Below are positions 10,387 through 20,221 of a stretch of 64,000 nucleotides of DNA, piece after piece. The notes under the pieces are model-generated. The model was given only the letters and a program-made list of their open reading frames with translations. It had not been told where the DNA came from and did no database searches. The stretch comes from Longimicrobiales bacterium (lineage in GTDB: Bacteria > Gemmatimonadota > Gemmatimonadetes > Longimicrobiales > Gaopeijiaceae): the NCBI GenBank assembly GCA_965249725.1, contig OZ252251.1, forward strand, positions 64,001-128,000. Reading direction: 5' to 3'. Position numbers and translations under genes: made by a program. Within the stretch, counting starts at the first letter, position 1, and each line of letters starts with the position of its first letter.

Positions 10387-11250
10387 GTGTCCTCGCTCGA
10401 GCCTTTCGCCCCGGACCGAGCGCTGTATCCGTTCGAGTCCCACTGGTTCCAAAGCACCGTAGGGCAGGTCCACTACATCGACGAGGGCTCGGGGCCGCCC
10501 ATCCTCTTTCTGCACGGTAACCCGACGTGGAGCTTTCTCTACCGGGGAATCGTGATCCGACTGAGGAAGCACTTCCGGTGCATCGCCTTGGACTATCCGG
10601 GCTTCGGCCTCTCCGTCCATCCCCCGACCTACGGATATACCGCTGCCGAGCACGCCGAAGTGGTGACCGGACTCGTGCGCGGACTGGGACTCGAGGACCT
10701 GACGATCATGGGACAGGACTGGGGCGGCCCCATCGGCATGCGCGTGGCGTTGAACGAGAGGGACCGCATGCGATCCCTCGTCATGGGCAACACTTGGTAC
10801 TGGCCGGCCGCTTCCCTGCTCATGCAGGGCTTCTCCAAGATCATGTCTTCGGGGTTCGTCCAGGGGCAGATTTTCAAGAAGAACCTCTTCGTGGAGAGGA
10901 TCATGCCCATGGCGGTCAAGCATAGGCTCGCCCCCGAGATCATGGACCACTATCGAGGCCCCCTGCGCACGCTGGACTCGCGGGCTGGAGTGGCCGAGTT
11001 CCCGAAGGAGATCACCCAAGCGGCTCTCTGGCTCGGCACCATAGCCGACGAGGTGCCCGACGTTCTAGGGGATCTCCCACTGCTCCTGACCTGGGGGATC
11101 TACGATCAGTTCTTCGGCTCGGCCCTCATGGAGCGGTTCAAGGCCGACTTCAAGAACGTCCGCACGACGCGACTGGACGCCAAGCACTACATTCAAGAGG
11201 ACGCGCCCGCCGAGATCGCGAAGGCGATCGAGGCGTTCCTGGGGCGCTGA
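10387..11250 (+). CDS. Haloalkane dehalogenase-like alpha/beta hydrolase
   Basis: LHGNPTWSFLY, QDWGG nucleophile motif, HYIQED catalytic His. Confidence 0.85.
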   Translation: MSSLEPFAPDRALYPFESHWFQSTVGQVHYIDEGSGPPILFLHGNPTWSFLYRGIVIRLRKHFRCIALDYPGFGLSVHPPTYGYTAAEHAEVVTGLVRGLGLEDLTIMGQDWGGPIGMRVALNERDRMRSLVMGNTWYWPAASLLMQGFSKIMSSGFVQGQIFKKNLFVERIMPMAVKHRLAPEIMDHYRGPLRTLDSRAGVAEFPKEITQAALWLGTIADEVPDVLGDLPLLLTWGIYDQFFGSALMERFKADFKNVRTTRLDAKHYIQEDAPAEIAKAIEAFLGR

Positions 11251-11431
11251 GGGACCGCGCGGCCTCCTAGCGAGAGGTGGACCCAACCAGGGCGCACCGA
11301 GCGTTCGCCTCAACCGACACTTGATCACACCCTGGGAGCGCCTGCCCCCCATAGGCATACGGTGCTATCACATACGTTCGAGAGAGCCCGTGATGCCGGT
11401 CGTAGCGGTCTTGGTTCCCGCCCTTCGCCGG

Positions 11432-11638
11432 CTAGCTTGCCCCGTCCGGAGCTCCAGAGCGATACAGGATCACCCGCGCCTTTTCGAGCGTGACCAAGCC
11501 CCCACCGATCATGGCGTCCAGCTCCGGCAGCACCTCCTGGATGCGCTCTTCCTCCTCGACCACCTCTACGATCACCGGGAGGTCGGTGGAGAGCCTCAGC
11601 ACCCGGTCGGTGTGAAGCCGTGCGCTGGCCCCGAACCC
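11432..11638 (-). pseudogene. 5'-truncated DUF190 (PII-like) gene remnant
   Basis: Manual translation GFGASARLHTDRVLRLSTDLPVIVEVVEEEERIQEVLPELDAMIGGGLVTLEKARVILY; no start codon, upstream frame runs into the tRNA terminator. Confidence 0.75.
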
Positions 11639-11647
11639 CGGAGCACC

Positions 11648-11681
11648 AAAAGAAAAGACCCGGCAATCGCTTGCCGGATCC
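11648..11681 (-). terminator. Rho-independent terminator of the tRNA pair
   Basis: Minus strand GGATCCGGCAAGCGATTGCCGGGTC stem-loop followed by TTTTCTTTT. Confidence 0.8.
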
Positions 11682-11683
11682 GA

Positions 11684-11756
11684 TGGTCGCTACTGGACTC
11701 GAACCAGTGACTTCTACGATGTGAACGTAGCGCTCTACCAACTGAGCTAAGCGACC
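11684..11756 (-). tRNA. tRNA-Val(CAC), CCA not encoded
   Basis: Cloverleaf: GGTCGCT/AGCGACC acceptor, CTACG-TTCACAT-CGTAG anticodon arm, ACTGG-TTCGAGT-CCAGT T arm. Confidence 0.95.
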
Positions 11757-11807
11757 CTGGCTGCGACCGCGGCGTTCCCGCCGCGATCCTGTCGATCGAA
11801 AAATCAG

Positions 11808-11880
11808 TACCCCCACGGGGAATCGAACCCCGGTTTCCTGGCTGAGAACCAGGTGTCCTAGGCCACTAGACGATGGGGGC
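11808..11880 (-). tRNA. tRNA-Glu(CTC), CCA not encoded
   Basis: Cloverleaf: GCCCCCA/TGGGGGT acceptor, CCTGG-TTCTCAG-CCAGG anticodon arm, CGGGG-TTCGATT-CCCCG T arm. Confidence 0.95.
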
Positions 11881-12053
11881 AAAATACCCGGACCTCACGC
11901 CTTGAGGGGCGAAAGAATACATAGTATGGGATCCCGATTCAACCCCCTGGAACGGCGGGGTGTCTATAGGGTTAAGTCAACAAGTGCCAACGAATTGGGC
12001 CAACGAACTAGGCTGGCGAACTAGACCGGCGAACGAGAGAAGTTGAACGATAC

Positions 12054-12344
12054 ATGGCCGAGAAGCTGAACGACGAATCCATCCGTGGATGGTTGGGTGG
12101 ACGAAAAGGGTGGAAGCGTAAGGGGAAGACACTGATCAAGGAGTTCAGTTTCACGTCCTTCCGTGATTCCATCGTGTTCGTCAATCGAGTTGCCAGCCTG
12201 GCCGACGACCTGGACCACCATCCCGACATCGGCATCCGCTACACCACGGTGAACCTGACGTTGACCACACACGAAGCCAAGGGTCTCACGCAGAAGGACC
12301 TCGAGTTCGCCGAGCGAGTCGACTTCGCGACCTCGGCACGCTGA
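12054..12344 (+). CDS. phhB: Pterin-4a-carbinolamine dehydratase
   Basis: DHHPDI, LTTHEAKGLTQKD motifs; 96 aa. Confidence 0.9.
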   Translation: MAEKLNDESIRGWLGGRKGWKRKGKTLIKEFSFTSFRDSIVFVNRVASLADDLDHHPDIGIRYTTVNLTLTTHEAKGLTQKDLEFAERVDFATSAR

Positions 12345-12995
12345 CTAGGGACGTAGATCCAGTAGGTCTCTCAGCCTCTCCAGATAGAAATCGGGCTTCA
12401 CCTCCTCGAGGTGCGCTCTAGCAAAGGGCCCCCACAACGCCGCAGCCGTGTACACACCGGCTGCCCTTCCCGCCATTGCGTCATAAGGGGAGTCCCCGAG
12501 GAAGATCACGCGCTCGGGCCGCTCGATTCCCAAGCGATCTAGCGCGAGCTGTACCGGCTCGGGATCCGGCTTGCCGTTCTCCACATCGTCGAACGTCACC
12601 ACCACGTCGAAGGCCTCTCCCATCCCGCAGCAGTCCAGCGTTCGCAGCGCCATCTCCTTTGCCTTGCTGGTCACCACTGCGACCCGGGTGCCCACCTCCT
12701 TCAAGCTCGCGACCACGTCCAAGGCGCCAGGGAAGGCAAGCACCATCTCATCGTGGATCGTGCGCTGGAAGGTCCTGTATGTGTCGATCATCGCCTCTGC
12801 CTCGGCCGCCGAGCGAGCGAAGTCCTGCATCTGAACGCGCAGGGGCTTTCCCATCGTGGCCAGCCAGTCCTCGTCGGGGCTCTCCTGGCCGAGATGCTCA
12901 AGCGTGGCATGGCGGAAGGACCTCAGGATCAACCCGGTGGTGTCCGCGAGCGTCCCATCGAGATCGAACAGGACGGCATCCCACACGGGTGTCAC
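12345..12995 (-). CDS. HAD-superfamily hydrolase (PpaX/Gph-like); start GTG at 12995 or ATG at 13022
   Basis: FDLDGTLAD, VTSK, GKPDPEP, LGDSPYD motifs. Confidence 0.88.
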   Translation of the reverse strand: MTPVWDAVLFDLDGTLADTTGLILRSFRHATLEHLGQESPDEDWLATMGKPLRVQMQDFARSAAEAEAMIDTYRTFQRTIHDEMVLAFPGALDVVASLKEVGTRVAVVTSKAKEMALRTLDCCGMGEAFDVVVTFDDVENGKPDPEPVQLALDRLGIERPERVIFLGDSPYDAMAGRAAGVYTAAALWGPFARAHLEEVKPDFYLERLRDLLDLRP

Positions 12996-13047
12996 TCGAG
13001 AACCTCCGTCGAGCACCTCCATCGAGCACCTCCCTCGAGCACCTCCG
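12996..13047 (-). repeat. 13-bp tandem repeat x4 containing a Shine-Dalgarno motif (GGAGGT) on the minus strand
   Basis: TCGAGAACCTCCG, TCGAGCACCTCCA, TCGAGCACCTCCC, TCGAGCACCTCCG. Confidence 0.85.
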
Positions 13048-13065
13048 TAGTGGACGTCTGCCGCC

Positions 13066-14409
13066 TCACCCCGCCAACCCGGCCCGTACCACCTCGGTCA
13101 GACACTCGATGCCGAACTCCACCTGGGCTTCAGAGACCGGAGCGGGCGGCGCGATCTCCACGACCTCTCCGTGGGCACCCGCGGGCAGAACCAGCAGCCC
13201 CTCCTTGAGAGCGGCCGTCGCGATCGAGACGCCCGCACCCATCCGGGAGCCCATCTCGATACCGATGAGCAGACCCCGACCCCTCACCTCGCTCACTCCG
13301 GGGACCTTGCCCACCAGAGCTCGGCTGAGGTCACGCCTCAAACGGTCGCCAAGGGTGGCGGCCCGACTCACGAGATCTTCCTCCTCCAGAACGTCGAGGA
13401 AGGCGAGCGCTGTCGCACACGACAACGGGTGACCGAGGAAGGTGCTCGTGTGCAGCGCCTCGCCCGTCGATTCAGGCCAAGCGTCCATGACGTCGCGAGA
13501 GCCCAGGCATGCGCTCAGCGGGAGGCCACCCCCCAACGCTTTCCCCACACAGAGCAGGTCGGGCACCACCCCTTCGTGTTCCAAGGCGAACAAGGCCCCT
13601 GTGCGCCCGAACCCCGTGAAGATCTCATCGAAGACGAGCAGGGCGCCCGCCGATCTGGTCAGATCCGCCAGTCGGTTCAGGAAGCCGGGCGGTGGCACGC
13701 GCACCCCTGCCCTGCCCTGGATGGGCTCCACCAACACCGCCCCGATGGGGTCCGGGAACGGGCCGCTCCCTGCCAAGATCTGCTCGACCTGAGCGAGCGC
13801 AGACTCCGTGGCGTCCGCAGCGTCCACGGCCTCGCCGTGGGGAAAGGGCGCGAACGCGACTTTGTCGTGCAGCCGCCCTTGGAAGGGAGTCCGGAAGTCG
13901 GCCCGCTCGGTTGCCGCCAGGCTGCCCAACGTGAGTCCGTGGTAGCCCCCCTCGAACGCCAGGATCCCTGATCTGCCGGTCGCCAACTCGGCGGTTTTGA
14001 GAGCGACCTCGACCGCCTCGGACCCGGAGGATGCCAGAACGCTCCGGGTATCGTCCCAGGGTGCCAACGCGGCGAGGCGCTCCAGCAGCTCGAGCTTGGG
14101 CTCGGGCGGGTGTATGTCGCCCATCCCGTGCACCAAGCGTCCCGCCTGCTCCTCCAAGGCGGCTCGGATCAGGGGGTGAGCATGACCCGCGAGCGCCACG
14201 CCGAACGCACCGGTGAAGTCGACGTACACGTTCCCATCCACGTCTCGGACGTTGGCGCCCGCCGCGGCCTCCCAGAACACGGGAAAACTCGGGGAGAGAA
14301 ACGTGACGTTCCGGGACTCGACTCCTCGCAACCGCTCCGCCAGGGCCAGCGAGCGGGGTCCGGGCGGGGGAGTGACGAGGGACGGGAGGAGCGAGCCGAA
14401 CTCGGGCAT
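13066..14409 (-). CDS. Class III PLP aminotransferase (GabT/ArgD-like)
   Basis: SGSEAVE, FEGGYHG, EPIQGRAG, FDEIFTGFGRTG, GKALGGG. Confidence 0.9.
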   Translation of the reverse strand: MPEFGSLLPSLVTPPPGPRSLALAERLRGVESRNVTFLSPSFPVFWEAAAGANVRDVDGNVYVDFTGAFGVALAGHAHPLIRAALEEQAGRLVHGMGDIHPPEPKLELLERLAALAPWDDTRSVLASSGSEAVEVALKTAELATGRSGILAFEGGYHGLTLGSLAATERADFRTPFQGRLHDKVAFAPFPHGEAVDAADATESALAQVEQILAGSGPFPDPIGAVLVEPIQGRAGVRVPPPGFLNRLADLTRSAGALLVFDEIFTGFGRTGALFALEHEGVVPDLLCVGKALGGGLPLSACLGSRDVMDAWPESTGEALHTSTFLGHPLSCATALAFLDVLEEEDLVSRAATLGDRLRRDLSRALVGKVPGVSEVRGRGLLIGIEMGSRMGAGVSIATAALKEGLLVLPAGAHGEVVEIAPPAPVSEAQVEFGIECLTEVVRAGLAG

Positions 14410-14419
14410 CTAGAGGCTT

Positions 14420-15319
14420 CTACTCTTGGCCGAGCGGATCCTCGGCCGCCATGCCCATGGCGTGAAAGCCCATGTCCACGTGCAGCGTCTCCCCCGTAAT
14501 GGCGGCCCCGAGCGGAGAGCAGAGAAACGCCGCCGCGTTGCCCACGTCGTCGGCCGTGTTCACGTCGCCAATGGCGGAGTTCTCCCGGTAGTAGTCCACC
14601 ATGCGATCGATGGACCCGATGGCCTTGGCCGCCCTACTGGCGAGCGGGCCCGCGGAGATCGTGTTCACTCGAAGGCCCCATCGCCGGCCTGCCTCGAACG
14701 CGAGGGTGCGGGTGTCGCTCTCGAGCGCCGCCTTGGCAGAACTCATACCGCCTCCGTAGCCCGGAATGACCCTCTCCCCCGCCAGATAGGTCAGGGACAC
14801 CACCGATCCACCCTCCCTCATGAGAGGACCGAAACGCTGAACCATCCCCACCATCGAGTATGCGCTGGCGCTGACCGCGGCCAGGTACCCAGCCCTGCTC
14901 GTGTCCACCAAGGCGTTCTGGACCTCGGGTCCATTGGCCAGTGAGTGTACCAGCACGTCCACACAGGGATCTCCGAAGTCACTCCTGAGACCGTCGGCGA
15001 CCTCCTGCAGAGTGTAGCCCGTCAGGTCGCGGTACCGCTTGTCCTCACGGATGTCGTCGGGCACGTCGTCGGGCGTGTCGAAGACAGCGTCCATCGGGTA
15101 GATCTTTTCGATCTCTACCTCCCCGCCTCCCGGCAGGCTCAGGTCCAGCTTGCCGCGCTCCAGGCTCATGGTGAAGATCTTCAGGACGGGCGGCCACGTT
15201 CCTACGCAGACGGACGCACCTGCCTGAGCCAGGGCTCGGACGATGGCCCAGCCGTATCCCTTGTCGTCCGCGACTCCCGCCACGAACGCTCTCTTGCCCG
15301 TCAGGTCTATGGGAAGCAT
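14420..15319 (-). CDS. fabI: Enoyl-ACP reductase (plant/chlamydial-type FabI)
   Basis: [50 protein letters not shown]. Confidence 0.9.
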   Translation of the reverse strand: MLPIDLTGKRAFVAGVADDKGYGWAIVRALAQAGASVCVGTWPPVLKIFTMSLERGKLDLSLPGGGEVEIEKIYPMDAVFDTPDDVPDDIREDKRYRDLTGYTLQEVADGLRSDFGDPCVDVLVHSLANGPEVQNALVDTSRAGYLAAVSASAYSMVGMVQRFGPLMREGGSVVSLTYLAGERVIPGYGGGMSSAKAALESDTRTLAFEAGRRWGLRVNTISAGPLASRAAKAIGSIDRMVDYYRENSAIGDVNTADDVGNAAAFLCSPLGAAITGETLHVDMGFHAMGMAAEDPLGQE

Positions 15320-15420
15320 GGCAGCACTGCTCCTTGGCGTGTCTCTGTCCGCAGCTGTGAGTGGGAGATCGCTCCCGAATTCAACTGCAAGAACCTAAGA
15401 CGGATGAGGCGGCGCCGTCG

Positions 15421-15459
15421 ACCTACAACAGCACCTACAACAGCACCTATAACAGCACC
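15421..15459 (-). repeat. 12-bp tandem repeat x3 duplicating the last codons and stop (GTG CTG TTR TAG)
   Basis: ACCTACAACAGC x2 plus ACCTATAACAGC. Confidence 0.85.
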
Positions 15460-16403
15460 CAGGCCCCGAGCGTCAGATAGGTCCCCAGCAACACGATCCC
15501 CTCGGCTCTCCGGATGGTGAGGTTGGCTCGCACGATCGGGACCAGCAACACCGACATGATCACGACGGCTGGGAACTCCAGGCTCAGCACCTCCGGATGC
15601 ACGGAAAGGGGAGAGACTGTCGCGGTGATGCCGAGAATCGCCGCGATGTTGAAGACGTTGGAACCGATGATGTTGCCGACGGCGATGTCGGCCTCACCAC
15701 GCCAGGTGGCGACGAGCGACGTGGCCAGCTCCGGAAGCGAGGTCCCGATGGAGACCAATGTGAGCCCGATGACCAGCTCCGAGATTCCCATCGCCTCGGC
15801 GAGGGCGACGGCCGACTCACGAATGGCGAACGCGCCAATCACGAGCCCCGTGATACCCATCGCGATGAGGGCGAGATCCCGCGCCGCGGCCCACGGAGTC
15901 AGGCCGACGGTCTCCTTGGCGAACTGCTCGTACTCCTCCAAGACCTCTTCGTCTTCCTGCTTCGCCGTCCGGAAGACGAACCACAAGTAGGCACAGAGCA
16001 CCACCAACAGGGCGAGGCCCTCCACTCGGGAAATCCGCAGGTCCCAGATCAGGGGAAGCAGGAAGGCCGTGATGATCAGCATCACGGGCACCTCTCGGGT
16101 CACCACGCGCCCCGCGACGTCCAGCGGCTTCACAATGGCGCTGATACCGAGCACGAGACCGATGTTCGCCAGGTTCGACCCCATCACGTTGCCGATGGCC
16201 AAATCGCCGTTGCCGCCCGCGGCCGCTACGAGCGAGACGACGAGTTCCGGAGCCGAGGTCCCCATGGACACCACGGTGAGGCCCAGAACGATGGGGGTGA
16301 TTCCCACCGAAGAGGCCAGGCGAGCACTCCCACGCACGAGCCACTCGGCCCCGAAGTAGAGGACACCGACACCACCGGTGAAGAGCAGAAGCTCTCGCGT
16401 CAT
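15447..16403 (-). CDS. Calcium/sodium antiporter (YrbG/CaCA family)
   Basis: Two alpha repeats, GTSAPEL..GSNLAN and GTSLPEL..GSNVFN. Confidence 0.92.
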   Translation of the reverse strand: MTRELLLFTGGVGVLYFGAEWLVRGSARLASSVGITPIVLGLTVVSMGTSAPELVVSLVAAAGGNGDLAIGNVMGSNLANIGLVLGISAIVKPLDVAGRVVTREVPVMLIITAFLLPLIWDLRISRVEGLALLVVLCAYLWFVFRTAKQEDEEVLEEYEQFAKETVGLTPWAAARDLALIAMGITGLVIGAFAIRESAVALAEAMGISELVIGLTLVSIGTSLPELATSLVATWRGEADIAVGNIIGSNVFNIAAILGITATVSPLSVHPEVLSLEFPAVVIMSVLLVPIVRANLTIRRAEGIVLLGTYLTLGAWVLL

Positions 16404-18163
16404 GCCTGCCGCCGCCCCATCCAGTCCCTGAGCTCATCCACCCGCATCGTGTTCAGAACGTCCTCCCTACGCAGCCAGGCTCGGCGCGCCTGATCGACCC
16501 CGTACGACATGTGATCGAGTCTTTGCACCGAGTGGGCGTCGGTGCTGATCACGACCCTTACCCCCAGCTCCTTGGCACGCCGCGCATGGACCTCATTGAG
16601 GTCGAGCCGGTTCGGATTCGCGTTGATCTCCACCGCGACGTCGAGCTCCGACGCCGCTTGCAAGACCGCCTCCACATCGAGTTCGAACGGCTCCCTCCGG
16701 CCGAGCAGTCGCCCGGTGGGGTGGCCTACGATGTCCACCGACGGATGCTGCATTGCACGGATGACGCGGTCCGTCATCGTCGTTCGATCCATGTCCATCA
16801 GGGAGTGCACGGAGACGATCACTACGTCCAACGCCTCGAGAACCTGGTCGGTCATATCGAGGCTCCCATCCCGCAGAATGTCTACTTCCAAGCTCTTGAA
16901 TATCGTAAATCCGTCCAACCCCCCCTGCACCAGATCGATCTCCTCCCACTGCTTCGGAGCCTTCTCGGGGGTCAGTCCCTGCACCATGGCCAGGGCCGGG
17001 CTGTGGTCGCTGATGGACATGTACTCATATCCCCTCGCTATACACGCCCGGGCCATTTCCTCGACCGAGGCCTTCCCATCGCTCCACGTGGAGTGCATGT
17101 GGAGATCGCCCCTGAGATCCTCCAGCGTGACCAACTCTGGAAGCGAGCCGCTGCGGGCTGCCTCGATCTCGCCGCGATTCTCGCGAACCACCGGCGCAAT
17201 CCAAGGGAGTCCGACGGCCTCGAACACGGACTCCTCGGTGTCACCGGCTATGCGCTCGCCGTCCTCCTTACCCACGTCCTCCGGGTCCACGCCCTCCGGG
17301 AGGCGGAAGACGCCCCATTCGTTGACGCGCAGGCCCTGCCTCAGCGCGAGCTGGCGGACTACGACGTTGTGTTCCATGGATCCGGTGAAGTAGTGGAGCG
17401 CCGCGCCGAACGAGCGAGGCGGGATGATCCGGAGATCCACCTCCAGCCCGGACCGCAGAACCACCGCCCCACGGGTCTCCCCCGCCAAGTCGACTCGCTC
17501 CACTGAGCCGAAGGTGGTGAACCGCTCCATGATGTCGGGAGCGGGGAGTTCGGCCTGGACGAGCAGATCCACATCGCCGATGGTCTCTCTCCGGCGCCGG
17601 TAGCTGCCCGTTACCTCGATACGCTGGACGCCCTTCGCTTCACCCATGTGAGCGAGGAGCGGCCCGATCAGGTCGTCCACCTGCGACAGCAGGAAACGCC
17701 CCGCATAGCGACGGTAGTCCTCGATGGCACGGAGGATCTTCTGGACGCTCGTGGCACCGAACCCCTCCAACTCCTGCACCTTGCCGGCGTTGAGCGCCTC
17801 CTCGAGCTCGTCGACGGTCTTCACGTCCAACGACTCCCAGAGCTTCTTCGCCTTCTTGGGTCCGACGCCGTCGAGCTTTACGAGGTCGACGAGGGTGCGG
17901 GGGATCTCTTCGGCCAGTTCCTCGAGCCGCGTGAGCTTGCCCGTCTCGATCAACTCGACGATGTGGGCGGACATGTCCTTGCCGATCGCCGGAAGCTCGG
18001 TGAGATCCTCCCCCTCCGCGACCATGGACTCGAGCGATCGCGTGAGTCCGCGGACGGTTCGAACCGCGTTCCGGTAGGCCCTGATACGGAACGGATTCGA
18101 GCCCCGGATTTCGAGCAGGTCCCCGAGTTCGTCGAGGATTTCAGCGATCTCGATGTTCTGCAC
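16400..18163 (-). CDS. polX: DNA polymerase X with PHP domain
   Basis: NPFRIRAY, GSYRRRRETIGDVDLL, YFTGS, DLHMHSTWSDG, ISTDAH. Confidence 0.95.
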   Translation of the reverse strand: MQNIEIAEILDELGDLLEIRGSNPFRIRAYRNAVRTVRGLTRSLESMVAEGEDLTELPAIGKDMSAHIVELIETGKLTRLEELAEEIPRTLVDLVKLDGVGPKKAKKLWESLDVKTVDELEEALNAGKVQELEGFGATSVQKILRAIEDYRRYAGRFLLSQVDDLIGPLLAHMGEAKGVQRIEVTGSYRRRRETIGDVDLLVQAELPAPDIMERFTTFGSVERVDLAGETRGAVVLRSGLEVDLRIIPPRSFGAALHYFTGSMEHNVVVRQLALRQGLRVNEWGVFRLPEGVDPEDVGKEDGERIAGDTEESVFEAVGLPWIAPVVRENRGEIEAARSGSLPELVTLEDLRGDLHMHSTWSDGKASVEEMARACIARGYEYMSISDHSPALAMVQGLTPEKAPKQWEEIDLVQGGLDGFTIFKSLEVDILRDGSLDMTDQVLEALDVVIVSVHSLMDMDRTTMTDRVIRAMQHPSVDIVGHPTGRLLGRREPFELDVEAVLQAASELDVAVEINANPNRLDLNEVHARRAKELGVRVVISTDAHSVQRLDHMSYGVDQARRAWLRREDVLNTMRVDELRDWMGRRQA

Positions 18164-18166
18164 GAC

Positions 18167-20221
18167 CTACAGGATCCCCTTGGCCTCGAGGAAGGACACG
18201 AACTCGGGCTCCGTCAGCACCTCGACGCCGAGATCCTTCGCCTTCTGAAGCTTCGATCCCGGATCGGCGCCCACCACGACCCGGGTGGTCTCCTTGCTCA
18301 CCGAAGCGACCACACGCCCTCCCTCGCCCTCGATGAGGCGTTTGGCCTCGGAACGGGCGAAGCCTTCCAGCCCGCCCGTGAAGACCCACTTCTCCCCTGC
18401 CAACGCGTCGCCCCCGATGTCATCGGGTGGGACGAGATCCATGCCGCGGTCCAGCACCGCCTGAATCCTCGTCTCGTTGCGCGGGTCGTCCAGGAATCCA
18501 CGAATCTGCTCCGACATGATGGGACCGATTCCCTCGACGGCCTCCAGCTCCTCGGCGGTCGCCGCCCGGACCGCGTCAAAGCTACGGAAACTGCGAGCGA
18601 GCTCCTTGGCCACCGTAGCACCCACTTCCGGAACCCCCAGTCCGTAGAGGAATCGATGGAGTTCCACCGACTTCTTGACTCGGATGGCCGCGGCCAGATT
18701 GGCTGCCGACTTTTCGGCGAACCCGTCCAGTTCCTCGAGGTCCGCGGCGGTGAGATCGAAGAGGTTCGCCAATTCCTTCACCAAGCCACGATCCACGAGA
18801 AGGTTGGCGGTCTCCTCACCGAGCCCCTCGATGTCGAGTCCGCCGCGGGAGCCGAAGTGCATGATCCCCCGCTTCAGCTGGGCCGGACAACCGAACCGAT
18901 TCGGACACATCGTGAAGGGTCCGTTCTCCGTGACGGGAGTCTCGCACGCAGGGCAGTGGTCCGGCATCTCGAACGCCGCCCCCCGCTCCCTCCCGTCGTC
19001 CTCCACCCGCTCGACGACCTGCGGAATGACGTCCCCAGCCCTTTGGATCCTCACCAGATCGCCCTGACGCACATCCTTGCGGGCCACCTCCTCGCGATTG
19101 TGGAGCGACGCGCGTGACACGGTCACGCCGCCCACCTCGACCGGCCTGAGCAGCGCCACCGGCGTGAGCTTGCCCGTCCTTCCCACCGAGACGGCGATCC
19201 TCTCGATGCGGGTGATCTCCTTTCGCGGCTCGAACTTGTACGCGAGGGCCCAACGCGGATGATGCGATGTGGCGCCCAGGTCTTCGCGGGCGTCCATGTC
19301 GTTCAGCTTGATCACCACCCCGTCGATCTCGTAGTCGAGATCGTCACGGTCCGCCGCGAAGCTCTCGTGATACGAGACGATCTCTTCCACCGTGGTCACT
19401 CTGACGACGCGCTCCGGCGTCTTGAACCCCCAGTCGCGAAGGGCCTGCACCCCCTCCTCGTCGGTGCCCATCTTGGCGCCCCGAAGGAGGAGGATGTCGT
19501 ACGCCAGAATGTCGAGGGGACGGGAAGCCGTAACGCGCGAATCGAGTTGGCGGAGTGATCCCGACGCGGAGTTCCGCGGGTTCACATAGGGTTCGGACCC
19601 CTGCTCGACCATGCGCTCGTTGAGGGCCTCGAAGGCCGAGAGGTACATGATCACCTCGCCCCGGATGGCCAACAGTTCGGGTGCCCCACGCACGTGCTCG
19701 AGAAGACGAAGCGGCAGGCTGGAGATGGTCCTCACGTTCTCGGTGACGACCTCGCCCGTCAGGCCGTTCCCGCGGGTAACCGCCCGAACGAACAGGCCGT
19801 TCTCGTAGACCAGCTCGATCGAGGCCCCATCCAGCTTGGGCTCCAGCAGATACTCGGGCTCACGCTCCAACCCCTTCCGTGCGCGCTCGTCGAAGCGAGC
19901 CAGCTCTGAGCTGTCCTGGGTCGAGTCCAGTGAGAGCATGGGGGCGGTATGCTCCGAGGTCGGAAGGACACTCTTGGGCTCACTACCCACGCGCCGGGAC
20001 GGGGAATCCGACGTGACGAGGTGAGGGTGAGCGGCCTCCAGAGCGAGCAGCTCGGCGTACAGCCTATCGAACTCCGCGTCGTCGATCTCCGGGCGAGACT
20101 CGACGTAATAGAGGTGGGAATGCCGTCGAAGCTCGTCCCTCAGAGCTTCGGCACGGCGCTCGAGATCCTCGCCCTGCTCCGAGGTCGATCCCGTGGGGGT
20201 ATCCGGCGTGCCTTGGGTCAA
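18167..20221 (-). CDS. ligA: NAD-dependent DNA ligase (start refined to TTG at 20221)
   Basis: EPKLDG adenylation motif, NPRNSASGSLRQ, DGVVIK, CPAC zinc finger, C-terminal BRCT; GGAG SD before the TTG. Confidence 0.95.
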   Translation of the reverse strand: MTQGTPDTPTGSTSEQGEDLERRAEALRDELRRHSHLYYVESRPEIDDAEFDRLYAELLALEAAHPHLVTSDSPSRRVGSEPKSVLPTSEHTAPMLSLDSTQDSSELARFDERARKGLEREPEYLLEPKLDGASIELVYENGLFVRAVTRGNGLTGEVVTENVRTISSLPLRLLEHVRGAPELLAIRGEVIMYLSAFEALNERMVEQGSEPYVNPRNSASGSLRQLDSRVTASRPLDILAYDILLLRGAKMGTDEEGVQALRDWGFKTPERVVRVTTVEEIVSYHESFAADRDDLDYEIDGVVIKLNDMDAREDLGATSHHPRWALAYKFEPRKEITRIERIAVSVGRTGKLTPVALLRPVEVGGVTVSRASLHNREEVARKDVRQGDLVRIQRAGDVIPQVVERVEDDGRERGAAFEMPDHCPACETPVTENGPFTMCPNRFGCPAQLKRGIMHFGSRGGLDIEGLGEETANLLVDRGLVKELANLFDLTAADLEELDGFAEKSAANLAAAIRVKKSVELHRFLYGLGVPEVGATVAKELARSFRSFDAVRAATAEELEAVEGIGPIMSEQIRGFLDDPRNETRIQAVLDRGMDLVPPDDIGGDALAGEKWVFTGGLEGFARSEAKRLIEGEGGRVVASVSKETTRVVVGADPGSKLQKAKDLGVEVLTEPEFVSFLEAKGIL

